From a bacterium (GTDB lineage: Archaea; Aenigmatarchaeota; Aenigmatarchaeia; CG10238-14; SCSR01): a stretch of 64,000 nucleotides of DNA. Under the pieces are notes generated by a model. That model saw nothing but the letters and a program-made list of their open reading frames with translations. It did not search any database and was not told the DNA's origin. Made by a program: the position numbers and the translations under genes. Shown here piece by piece: positions 55,447-64,000 of this stretch. Numbering within the stretch: position 1 is the stretch's first letter; each line of letters begins with the position of its first letter. The stretch is taken from positions 7,580 to 71,579 of the forward strand of contig DAIDAX010000001.1 of assembly GCA_027310405.1 (NCBI GenBank). Reading direction: 5' to 3'.

Positions 55447-55448
55447 AT

Positions 55449-56123
55449 TCACAAAGGAATTCTTTCGACTGACATTTTTGATGTGTCAATTGAATATAAT
55501 CTATCGAGATGTGCGTGCTCAAATTGTCTTTCATTAAGTGGAGGACTGTCGTAAACGGTTCTTGTGGTCGACATCATCAATTCAAGCATTGTTTTTCTAG
55601 GATCTCTTTTTCGAAAATCTTCATGAAAATATTGCAAAGCCGGCATCACCAAATCCAAATTTGTTGCAGGTGTTGTCGTAACTGCCAGTCCAAAATGTTT
55701 AGAATGCCCGTTGTAACTGTACCTCACAATTTTTCCAATTACTCTCGCCAGCTGAGCTTCATCCTCTGTAATTTTTTTCTCCAAAATTAACAAAGAAGGA
55801 ATCGTTCCAGTTTCTACTTCGATTAGCTCGCTGTAACCCGGATTGCTACAATACAAATCTCCCACTAAAACTTCGTGCTCGTCTGGTATTCTGCGTTCCA
55901 CTTCAACATTTAGACCTTCGGACAGTTTTTGCGCAGTCAAAATCAAAGCTGCTTTTGTCTGAATTATGTTTTTGGTAGTGTCGTCTCTTCTGGCAATCTC
56001 GACTAATCTGTTCTTTGCAGCAACAAGTTGTCTAAAACTTTCCCCAAGACCATATTTTTCATGCAATCTATTGGTCAGTGAGTCCAGAATAAATCGAAAA
56101 TCCTTCGAATAATGATTCGTCAT
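55449..56123 (-). CDS. hypothetical protein (224 aa)
   Basis: It may have a nuclease-like acidic motif (GDLYC...ELIEVETG), but this is not confident. Confidence 0.35.
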   Translation of the reverse strand: MTNHYSKDFRFILDSLTNRLHEKYGLGESFRQLVAAKNRLVEIARRDDTTKNIIQTKAALILTAQKLSEGLNVEVERRIPDEHEVLVGDLYCSNPGYSELIEVETGTIPSLLILEKKITEDEAQLARVIGKIVRYSYNGHSKHFGLAVTTTPATNLDLVMPALQYFHEDFRKRDPRKTMLELMMSTTRTVYDSPPLNERQFEHAHLDRLYSIDTSKMSVERIPL

Positions 56124-56216
56124 CCTGCTTTAGATTTTGTAACAAAGAAATAAATTCTTATTTTTGAGATTAACCACAATTAATTAACTTTTACTTCACC
56201 AATTAAAAAGAGAGAA

Positions 56217-56927
56217 ATGATAATTGCAGCAACTAGCGACCTACATTTTCCAAAATACTACGACGAATTCATTGTTGCCTTGGATAAATTAGAGATAAAA
56301 CCTGATTTGTTCTTGCTCGCAGGAGATGTTGTTCACCGCGGAGATGAAGCTGAGTACGACAAGTTGTACAACATGCTTTTTGGAAAAATAAATTGTCCGA
56401 TAATTGCGGTTTTCGGCAACAACGAGTTTCAGGAAATTCGCGACAAAGTGAAAAACAAATACAAGGAAATAAAATTTTTGGACGACTCTAGCGCAGTGGT
56501 TGAATTTGGAAATTTTGTCGTCGGAATTTTCGGTTCGACAGGAAGTCTGGAGAATCCAACTCCATGGCAGAGAGCTAATGTTCCAAACATAGAGCGCACA
56601 TATCAGTATCGTCTGCAACTCGCCGAACAACAGTTGCACAGGATGATGAACGCAAATTTCAGAATTCTTTTGCTACACTATGCTCCGACTTACAGAACTT
56701 TGGAGGGAGAAAATCCAAGATTTTACTCGAGCATGGGAAATCAAGCTTTTGAAAATGTATTGAACAGAGAAAAACCGAACCTTGTCATTCATGGACATTC
56801 TCATCGCGGATTGAAACAGGCTTGGGTGGATACAGTTCCGGTATTCAATGTTGCTTTTCCTGTGAATCACGAAATCGTTGTCATCGACACAGATAAACTG
56901 AAACCAGGACTCGCGAAATTTGTATAA
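56217..56927 (+). CDS. calcineurin-like metallophosphoesterase
   Basis: LLAGDVVHRGDE, GNNEF and GHSHR are the phosphoesterase motifs. Confidence 0.7.
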   Translation: MIIAATSDLHFPKYYDEFIVALDKLEIKPDLFLLAGDVVHRGDEAEYDKLYNMLFGKINCPIIAVFGNNEFQEIRDKVKNKYKEIKFLDDSSAVVEFGNFVVGIFGSTGSLENPTPWQRANVPNIERTYQYRLQLAEQQLHRMMNANFRILLLHYAPTYRTLEGENPRFYSSMGNQAFENVLNREKPNLVIHGHSHRGLKQAWVDTVPVFNVAFPVNHEIVVIDTDKLKPGLAKFV

Positions 56928-56941
56928 GTTATGTTGGTGCT

Positions 56942-57442
56942 TTATTTCATAACGAAATTGTAAATTTTTCTAAGTAGCAAAATCCAAGCTAACAGGAAAG
57001 AGAAAAATGAAATATACAACCCAGATAGCAAACTGATAATCATTAGTAAAGTCAAAAGCCAAAGACCCTTTGAGACCCTGTAACTTGAAACTATCGTGTG
57101 GTATGGTTGGAAAATAAATTGTGTTTGGATTGAAGATGAAGATTTTCCATATTTTCTTAGATTTCTTTCATCTGGCAGTTTTATTAAAAATATAGAAACT
57201 ATGGACAGCACAAACAAAACAAGGTAGAAAATTACAAAAGTGGTGGGAAGGTACGGGTTCTGTATAAAAGATTTTACAATCTGATTCTGTTGTGATATAT
57301 TGGTTTGGTTAGCGGTAAAATTCTGCAATATAGGTACTGCAATGAGTATGAGTGAGAAAATAAATAAAGAAGACAAAAATTGAAGCGATCCGATAAAAGT
57401 CAAAATCTTTGCTAAAACCAATGTCCAATCTCTCTTGCCCAT
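56942..57442 (-). CDS. membrane protein, unknown function
   Basis: Four hydrophobic helices; 166 aa. Confidence 0.3.
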   Translation of the reverse strand: MGKRDWTLVLAKILTFIGSLQFLSSLFIFSLILIAVPILQNFTANQTNISQQNQIVKSFIQNPYLPTTFVIFYLVLFVLSIVSIFLIKLPDERNLRKYGKSSSSIQTQFIFQPYHTIVSSYRVSKGLWLLTLLMIISLLSGLYISFFSFLLAWILLLRKIYNFVMK

Positions 57443-57642
57443 ACAATCCTTATTCTAAATTCATTTTTTCAACAATAAAAACTGAAAGATGTAGCCTCAT
57501 CTCGTGCTCCCGATATCAAAGCTGGATCTCTCCAATGCTCACCGAGGGCTTTTTGAAGATGAGGCAAAAATTACTTTGTTCTCCAGAAATTTAAACGGCG
57601 TTATTTCCTAACGAATTTAAACGTAGAAAAGAAATTTTCTGT

Positions 57643-58131
57643 ATGGCTGGTGAACGAGTAAGTCTAAGTTGGTCACTAGTCTTTCTGGTCGGTTTGCTAC
57701 TGACACACTACGTGCTTGTACAGGGACTTTTTGGCGTGACTGAAACCATGGCCCTCTGGGTCTGGCTCGCTCTCGTCATAATTTCAACCTACCATATCGG
57801 AAAATCGATGGGCAAGGTTCCTGCTGAAAGCATGAAAGCTTGGTCGACTGCACTTGTTCTCTTCGTTGTGCTGGTCGGTTCGATGCTCCTAGGAATTTGG
57901 GGAGCCGGTCCTGGCACAGCTACTGTTGTGTTCTTCGCACTCTATTTCGTTCTCTTCGGTGGAGCGATGTTTGCGTCTGGACATGACTCGAAGAGAAGCG
58001 CTGGAACAAGTCTGGGCCTAATCTACGTCGCCTTGGGAATCGTCTTCCCTGGCTGGTTCGGTTCAGTTCCGTTCCTCGCAGCTGCTCTGCTAATCGGAAT
58101 TCCTCCACTCCTAAATCTATGGAAGAAATAA
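57643..58131 (+). CDS. membrane protein, unknown function
   Basis: Four to five TM helices with a Gly/Ala-rich, higher-GC composition. A palindromic T-rich element lies downstream. Confidence 0.35.
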   Translation: MAGERVSLSWSLVFLVGLLLTHYVLVQGLFGVTETMALWVWLALVIISTYHIGKSMGKVPAESMKAWSTALVLFVVLVGSMLLGIWGAGPGTATVVFFALYFVLFGGAMFASGHDSKRSAGTSLGLIYVALGIVFPGWFGSVPFLAAALLIGIPPLLNLWKK

Positions 58132-58305
58132 ACCAGAAAGCTTTGAAAAATTTTTTCTTTTCTTTTCTTCTTTCCAAAAAGCTTTTATAAAGTCTACAGC
58201 CCAAATAATTCTTTGGTGCGAAAGATGAAAGGTGAATGTCGGGTACTGCACTGATTCTTACTTTATCTATTCGTATCTCCAAAATTTTTTCAACGGTGAT
58301 TCGCG

Positions 58306-60630
58306 ATGAGCTTTGAGCCGAAGTTAAAAGAAACTCGCTGGAACATTTCTCATGAGAAAGAAATTTTCGCTAATTGGCAGAAGGAGAAAATTTTCAGATT
58401 TGATCCGAACGCAAAGAAAATATTTTCAATCGACACTCCACCGCCTTATCCGAGCGGAAAACCTTGGCACATTGGAGCCGCGGCACACTACTCGCAAATC
58501 GACATGATTGCACGAACAGCAAGAATGTTGGGATTCGAAACATATTTTCCAATCGGTATCGACAGAAACGGAATTCCAGTGGAAAGACACACTGAGAAAA
58601 AATTCGGAATAAGAATGCAAGATACTCCACGAGAAAAATTCATCGAACTTTGCAAGACTGCGCTCGACGACACAGAAGCTTACATGATTCAGATTATGAA
58701 AGATATGGGACTATCTGGAGATTTTGAAAATTATTACAGAACCGACTGGGACGAGTACAGAAAACTAACACAATCTACTTTCATCAAACTTTGGAACGAA
58801 GGATTGATTTACGAAGCGACTAGACCGAACAACTATTGCAAGGACTGCAGAACAACAATTGCGGATGCTGACATAACTTACGAAGACAGAGAATCGGATC
58901 TGATCTACATAAAGTTCAAAATTAAAGAAACTGGAGAAGATTTGATAATTGCAACTACTCGTCCAGAATTAATTTGTGCATGCCAAGCGATTATCTACAA
59001 TCCGAAAGATGAACGTTACACAAATCTGAAAAATTTGCACTCAATTTCTCCAATCTACAACAAAACAATTCCAATTCTTGCACATTCCGAAGCTGATCCG
59101 AACTTTGGAACTGGCACGATGATGATTTGTAGTTATGGAGATTACGAAGATGTGAGACTTTTTCGAGAATTGAAACTGAAAGAAATCATTGCTATTGACG
59201 AGAATGGATTGATGACAAAAAGTGCTGGACTTTATTCCGAAATGCCGATTAAAGAAGCGAGAGCAAGAGTAATTGAGGAATTACAAAATTCTGGATTGAT
59301 AACAAAACGGGAACACATAATGCACAGAACTCCGATCTGCGATAGAAGTCTGACAGAGATAGAAATTATTCCGATGAAAGAATTTTACTTGAAACAACTC
59401 CCACTCAAGAAAAAACTTTTGCAACTGCAGAAAAAAATAAAATTCCATCCAGAGTTTCACAGACAAAGATTGATAGATTGGATAAACTCGATAACAATCG
59501 ACTGGCCGATCTCTCGTCGGAGATTTTATGCAACCGAGATTCCGCTCTGGTATTGTTCGAACGGACACGCTTGCACTCCGAAACCAGGAAAATATTATCA
59601 ACCGTGGAGAGAAAATCCTCCATTCAAAAAATGCGAAAAATGCAACAGCACTCAGTTCATCGGAGAAGACAGAACATTCGATACTTGGTTTGACTCAGGA
59701 ATTTCTGCGCTCTTCATTGCAAAATTTGGAAAAGATGAGAAATTTTTCAACAAAATTTTCCCGACAACAATACGACCGCAAGGAAAAGACATCATCCGAA
59801 CCTGGCTATATTATTCAATTCTTCGCTGTTTCCAACTGACGAAAAAAATTCCATGGAAGCACGCGTGGATAATGGGGTACGGTGTGGACGAGAAAGGGGA
59901 GAAGATGAGCAAGAGTAAAGGCAATGTAATCGATCCTGCGCCGATTCTCGAAAAATATGGAGCGGATAATTTCAGATTTTGGAATGCTGCAGAGGCGAGT
60001 CTCGGTCAAGATTTCAGAAGTTCAGAACAGAGAATACAGACTGCTTCGAAATTTTTGACAAAGCTGTGGAACATTTCCAGATATATTTCGATATTCCCAA
60101 AACCGAAGACAACAAAATTGACTGACACTGACAAATGGATTCTCTCGGAGCTCAACAGAACAATAAAGGAAAGTTTGGAAGGCTACGAAGATTTCAATTT
60201 CTTCATCCCCGCAACGAAGATTCGCGAATTTGCTTGGAACATTTTTGCAGATCACTATTTAGAAATGTGTAAAGCTCGTGCATATGGAGAAGGATTTACA
60301 AAAGCAGAACAAGAATCTGCGTGGTTTACGCTTCACACATGTCTGGAATCAATTCTCGAATTGCTTGCGCCAATTTGTCCATTCATCACAGATTTTATCT
60401 CTAGACAACTTTATCACAAAACAAGTATTCATGATGAACATTTTCCAAAAGCAACATGGAAATTCAATTATTCAAAGTTTACTTCGAAAATTTTGGAGTT
60501 CAATTCGAAAATTTGGAATGAGAAGAAACTGAAAAATTTGTCACTAAAAGATGAAATTAAAACTGAAATTTCAAAAGAGTTGAAGATTTTCGAGAAAGAT
60601 TTGAAAGCGATGCACAAAATTAAAGTTTAA
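58306..60630 (+). CDS. valS: class Ia aminoacyl-tRNA synthetase, most likely valyl-tRNA synthetase (compact, 774 aa)
   Basis: The N-terminal IDTPPPYPSGKPWHIGAAAHYSQIDMIARTARMLG...GIDRNGIPVE resembles the archaeal ValRS pattern IDTPPPY...DIIARYKRM...G.DDNGLPTE. KMSKSKGN is present. The HIGH motif is degenerate (HIGA) and the editing domain is short. Confidence 0.6.
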   Translation: MSFEPKLKETRWNISHEKEIFANWQKEKIFRFDPNAKKIFSIDTPPPYPSGKPWHIGAAAHYSQIDMIARTARMLGFETYFPIGIDRNGIPVERHTEKKFGIRMQDTPREKFIELCKTALDDTEAYMIQIMKDMGLSGDFENYYRTDWDEYRKLTQSTFIKLWNEGLIYEATRPNNYCKDCRTTIADADITYEDRESDLIYIKFKIKETGEDLIIATTRPELICACQAIIYNPKDERYTNLKNLHSISPIYNKTIPILAHSEADPNFGTGTMMICSYGDYEDVRLFRELKLKEIIAIDENGLMTKSAGLYSEMPIKEARARVIEELQNSGLITKREHIMHRTPICDRSLTEIEIIPMKEFYLKQLPLKKKLLQLQKKIKFHPEFHRQRLIDWINSITIDWPISRRRFYATEIPLWYCSNGHACTPKPGKYYQPWRENPPFKKCEKCNSTQFIGEDRTFDTWFDSGISALFIAKFGKDEKFFNKIFPTTIRPQGKDIIRTWLYYSILRCFQLTKKIPWKHAWIMGYGVDEKGEKMSKSKGNVIDPAPILEKYGADNFRFWNAAEASLGQDFRSSEQRIQTASKFLTKLWNISRYISIFPKPKTTKLTDTDKWILSELNRTIKESLEGYEDFNFFIPATKIREFAWNIFADHYLEMCKARAYGEGFTKAEQESAWFTLHTCLESILELLAPICPFITDFISRQLYHKTSIHDEHFPKATWKFNYSKFTSKILEFNSKIWNEKKLKNLSLKDEIKTEISKELKIFEKDLKAMHKIKV

Positions 60631-60779
60631 AACACAAATGTTTTATATAGAAGTTTTTAATTAAATTCCATGTGATTGGAGTGAAGAACAAATTCGAAAA
60701 GCAAAAAGAAAACTTAAATTCTTTTACTCGTAATTCTATTTTTCTCTGACAGAAGGGATCAAAATTTAACCAAGAAGCA

Positions 60780-61973
60780 TTGTTCAAACTAAGAAAATTG
60801 GTTCGCGAGCTGGAGCAGTACAAAGGAAGGCACACAGAACTCGTTTCAGTTTACGTACCATCTGGCGGAAATCTAATCGATTCGATAAACCAGCTTGAGA
60901 ATGAAAAATCTACAGCATCAAACATCAAATCGAAAGCGACGAGAAAAAATGTTTTGTCGGCTCTGGAAAAAATTATTCAACATTTGCGAACGTTTAGAAA
61001 AACTCCAGACAACGGTCTTGTTGTGTTTGCTGGAAATATTTCTCCAACTGAAGGCAGAGAAGATATTCGTCTCTGGAGCTTTGAACCTCCTGAAAAAATG
61101 ACAACGAAAGTTTACTGGTGCGATCAGGTTTTTGTTTTGAATCCGCTAAAAGATTTGACAAAAGAGAAAGAAATCTATGGGCTCATCGTTCTTGATGCAA
61201 ATGAGGCGACAGTAGGTTTGCTTTCTGGAAAACGGACAATTGTTTTGAAAAAACTTGAAGGAAACGTTCCGGGAAAAACTGTGAAAGGTGGAATGTCTCA
61301 AATGCGTTACGATCGTTTGCGTGAAGATGCATTAAATGAATTTCTCACAAAAATTGGTGAAGTTGCAACAAAATCTTTTCTCGAGCAAGAAAATCTCAAG
61401 GGAATTCTCATAGGTGGACCTGGCCCAGTGAAAGAAAAACTTGCGGAGAAAGATTACATTCATTATCAACTGAAGCAGAAACTTTTGGGAGTCAAAGATA
61501 TCGGTTATACTGACGAGTACGGGTTGGAAGAACTTGTCCAGCGTTCTCAGGACTTGCTTGCTGCCGCAGCGATTTCAAAAGAACATGAGTTGATGCAGAA
61601 ATTTTTCACGATGTTGAATAAGGAAGGAAATGTTGCATACGGCTACACTGAAGTGAAGAAAGCTCTAGAGATGAATGCAGTCGACACTCTTTTGATTAGC
61701 GAACAGTTTGACTGGGTGCATGTCGATTTTCGCTGTCCGAACAATCACAATGTCGAAATGGATTTGCCGAAGACTGAAATAAAAAATCAAACTTGCGACG
61801 TATGTGGAAATAAATATTCACCGGTTGAAGTCAGAGAACTTGCAGACGACTTGACTGAACAAGCTATTGAACATGGCGCAAAAGTAGAATTAATTTCTAC
61901 AGATACTCCTGAAGGTAAACAACTAAAACAAATCGGTGGAGTTGGTGCCTTTTTGCGTTTCAAGATCGATTAA
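60780..61973 (+). CDS. prf1: peptide chain release factor aRF1 (with GGM in place of GGQ)
   Basis: The N-domain carries the NIKS motif (TASNIKSKATRKNV). The central domain is KTVKGGMSQMRYDRLRE, where canonical aRF1 has GRGGQSA.RF.RLR. The C-domain is typical. Confidence 0.8.
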   Translation: MFKLRKLVRELEQYKGRHTELVSVYVPSGGNLIDSINQLENEKSTASNIKSKATRKNVLSALEKIIQHLRTFRKTPDNGLVVFAGNISPTEGREDIRLWSFEPPEKMTTKVYWCDQVFVLNPLKDLTKEKEIYGLIVLDANEATVGLLSGKRTIVLKKLEGNVPGKTVKGGMSQMRYDRLREDALNEFLTKIGEVATKSFLEQENLKGILIGGPGPVKEKLAEKDYIHYQLKQKLLGVKDIGYTDEYGLEELVQRSQDLLAAAAISKEHELMQKFFTMLNKEGNVAYGYTEVKKALEMNAVDTLLISEQFDWVHVDFRCPNNHNVEMDLPKTEIKNQTCDVCGNKYSPVEVRELADDLTEQAIEHGAKVELISTDTPEGKQLKQIGGVGAFLRFKID

Positions 61974-61979
61974 GCTAAT

Positions 61980-62735
61980 TCAAGAAATGAAAATTTTTGT
62001 ACCATTTTCATCTATCGAATGTTCTATTTTTGAAATCGGTTCATTGCGCAATTCCGACAACAATTTTAGAGTGTAGCTAACATTTTGGGGAACATTTGGT
62101 TTTCCTTCTATTGGAGAATTGAATGGAGAATCTGTTTCTGTTAAAAGATGTTGCAGATTAAAACTTTTTCCAATTTTTCTCAAATTCTTCGAAGTTGCTA
62201 TCGTAGTAGGAATAGAAATGTAATATCCTTTCTCAATTATCTTTTGTGCAAGTGTTACATTTCCAGAATAATGATGAAATACAACGTTGCGAAATTTTCT
62301 TTGCGAAACTATATCGAAGACATCTTCCTCGGCTTTACGCGAATGTAAAACTATTGGCATATTGAATTCCTCAGCAATGTCTAAACTTTTTTCGAAAATC
62401 TTTTTGCATTTTTCATTTTGTTTTTCATTCTGAACCCATTTGTAATCTAGACCAATTTCTCCAACAGCTACAATATTGTCTGCATTGTTCTGAATAAAAT
62501 CCAAACTTTTTTGTATATCATTGTCGTTCATTTCGACAATATCTTCAGGATGTACTCCAAGAGATGTAAAAACAAATCCTTCGTTCTTTTTTGCAATCTC
62601 CAGAGTTTTTTCATAATCTCTAGTCAAACCGCTAGTTACAACAAATTTCATCGAATTTTTCGCTTCATTCAACACTTCGTCTACAATTTCTACTAAACCT
62701 TTAAATGCCAGATGGCAGTGCGCGTCAATCATCAA
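61980..62735 (-). CDS. TatD family hydrolase
   Basis: MMIDAHCHL is the metal-binding start, and the 251-aa TIM barrel pattern follows. Confidence 0.8.
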   Translation of the reverse strand: MMIDAHCHLAFKGLVEIVDEVLNEAKNSMKFVVTSGLTRDYEKTLEIAKKNEGFVFTSLGVHPEDIVEMNDNDIQKSLDFIQNNADNIVAVGEIGLDYKWVQNEKQNEKCKKIFEKSLDIAEEFNMPIVLHSRKAEEDVFDIVSQRKFRNVVFHHYSGNVTLAQKIIEKGYYISIPTTIATSKNLRKIGKSFNLQHLLTETDSPFNSPIEGKPNVPQNVSYTLKLLSELRNEPISKIEHSIDENGTKIFIS

Positions 62736-62768
62736 AATTATTTATTTTCTAAAAATAAAAATTATTAA

Positions 62769-63413
62769 ATGTCTTTACTGGAAACAATTTTTGGCGAGCC
62801 AAAATACGACTATCCTTCAAGCAGATTCGAGCATCACGTGAAGAAAACAGTAAAAAATATTCAAAAATTACACTGGAGATATCAGAATGTAGTTTACATC
62901 GCTGCAAGTCTTGGTCTCGCATATGTAATTTTGATTAGCGGAATCGTGAATTACATTGGAGATCTCGGAAGTATTGGATATGCAAGTAGTTTTATATTCG
63001 GTCTCATGGTAGCATATGGAGCAACTACAGCTCCTGCTGCTGTTAGTCTTTTCATGCTTGGAAAAGAATTCAACCCAGTCTTCGTTGCTTTGTTAGCAGC
63101 TGTTGGAGCAACAATAACGGATGCGATATTGTTTCGTTTCATAAAATCTCAATGGACACCACACATAGAGAACGTTTTAAAATTTTTCAAAATACGTTGG
63201 CGTATAATCATTCTCAAAGTTGAGAAGTCAAAACTTTTTCAAGTGTTAATACCAGTCGCAGCTGGACTTGTCATTGCATCTCCTCTCCCGAATGAACTTG
63301 CAGTTTTTCTTTTGGGCACTGTGAAATACGACACAAAGCATTTCATGATGCTTGCTTATGTCTTTCATTTTATAGGAATCCTGGCAATCGTAATGTTAGG
63401 AAACGTTACATAA
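62769..63413 (+). CDS. membrane protein, unknown function
   Basis: Five to six TM helices. Confidence 0.35.
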   Translation: MSLLETIFGEPKYDYPSSRFEHHVKKTVKNIQKLHWRYQNVVYIAASLGLAYVILISGIVNYIGDLGSIGYASSFIFGLMVAYGATTAPAAVSLFMLGKEFNPVFVALLAAVGATITDAILFRFIKSQWTPHIENVLKFFKIRWRIIILKVEKSKLFQVLIPVAAGLVIASPLPNELAVFLLGTVKYDTKHFMMLAYVFHFIGILAIVMLGNVT

Positions 63414-63416
63414 AAT

Positions 63417-63803
63417 TTATTTTTCTTGCAACTTTATCGCGTTTGCAATTCCACTTTGGCTTGGCCTAGAAGTTATTTTTGCCTTGCCGATTTCCGTCTG
63501 AACTATCGCGCCTTGCGTGATTATTTTTCTTCGAGGAAAGTTTGGATTCGCTGCATTTTCAAGAACGTCTAGAATTTTTACTTTCTTCGTGGTTTTTGTA
63601 GAAGGATCGATAACGTTGACGAACTCCACAGAGAAAGCGCGTAATTTTTTTCCTCCACCCTTAGTTTCGACTTTTCGAATTATTTTTTTACCAATAGCAG
63701 TAAATGTCGGTAAACTACCAAGTTCGTATTTTCTTTTCTTCTTTTGGAGATTAATTTTTCCACCAGTCTTTTTTCTCCCATGTTCACCGTGCCAAATTGC
63801 CAT
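63417..63803 (-). CDS. rps8e: 30S ribosomal protein S8e
   Basis: MAIWHGEHGRKKTGGK...KKRKYELG...IITQGAIVQTEIGKAKITSRPSQSG matches S8e. The start is chosen at the second Met of the track ORF. Confidence 0.8.
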   Translation of the reverse strand: MAIWHGEHGRKKTGGKINLQKKKRKYELGSLPTFTAIGKKIIRKVETKGGGKKLRAFSVEFVNVIDPSTKTTKKVKILDVLENAANPNFPRRKIITQGAIVQTEIGKAKITSRPSQSGIANAIKLQEK

Positions 63804-63856
63804 ACCTAACACTTAGCTTCGTAACTTATTTAAATTTACATACGAAGTTTGAATTT

Positions 63857-64000
63857 ATGGGGCAATCGGATTACAGGACATCTGATGAAATAAAACGTGA
63901 TATACTGAAATCTTTACGTAGGCGTACACCTTTCACAAAACTTTTGCGAAGATCACACGCCTCGTATACTTCGATGTGCGAATACTTGGGTTCGTTATTG
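63857..64000 (+). CDS. partial winged-helix regulator (third paralog), truncated by window end
   Basis: MGQSDYRTSDEIKRDILKSLRRRTPFTKLLRRSHASYTSMCEYLGSLL resembles the 27431 and 48984 proteins. Confidence 0.25.
   Translation, partial: MGQSDYRTSDEIKRDILKSLRRRTPFTKLLRRSHASYTSMCEYLGSLL

Noticed and set aside
58141-58200. Palindromic T/C-rich element AAAGCTTTG...CAAAAAGCTTT downstream of the 57643-58131 gene
   Set aside because: It is most simply an intergenic terminator-like hairpin with an oligo-T tract, so it was not reported as a separate finding.
1-64000. CRISPR arrays, rRNA genes, integrated provirus, large direct or inverted repeats
   Set aside because: No regularly spaced direct repeats, no rRNA-like conserved stretches, and no integrase, capsid or terminase genes were seen. 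The only mobile-type element is the LAGLIDADG ORF.

Overview
This is an AT-rich (about 35% GC), gene-dense archaeal chromosomal segment. It contains archaeal-specific ribosomal proteins (S17, L14, L24, S4e, L5, S14, S27e, L44e, L40e, L10e, S8e), PCNA, TFS, aRF1 and a single-polypeptide fusion of the primase small subunit with the PriL C-terminal Fe-S domain. I only know that fusion from Nanoarchaeota and other DPANN-like archaea, so a reduced DPANN-type genome is my working inference.

The coding content is mostly informational and salvage functions. There are five class I aminoacyl-tRNA synthetases (SerRS, TyrRS, CysRS, MetRS and a Val-type enzyme), a candidate class I CCA-adding enzyme, and seven tRNA genes (Cys, Ser, Thr, Leu, Ile, Ala and one 160-nt tRNA-like gene with long insertions). 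There is a lower-glycolysis block (apgM, enolase, PEP synthase), nucleotide salvage (thymidine kinase, dCMP deaminase, a P-loop kinase), a free-standing double-motif LAGLIDADG homing endonuclease, and many small or unknown ORFs.

The observations I would look at again are these. The ribosomal-protein cluster is broken by inserted non-ribosomal ORFs and a 104-nt L24/S4e dual-coding overlap. The primase is a fused PriS-PriL. A divergent proteasome-beta-like Ntn hydrolase sits in a two-gene operon beside a divergent pair of unknown genes. The aRF1 has GGM in place of the universal GGQ. Two tRNAs carry C at T-loop position 55. An unresolved intron-rich tRNA-like gene lies beside the homing endonuclease. 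A 25-30 nt motif is shared upstream of two unrelated genes.

No CRISPR array, rRNA or obvious provirus was seen. All calls are from reading the sequence and ORF translations; no database searches were run.
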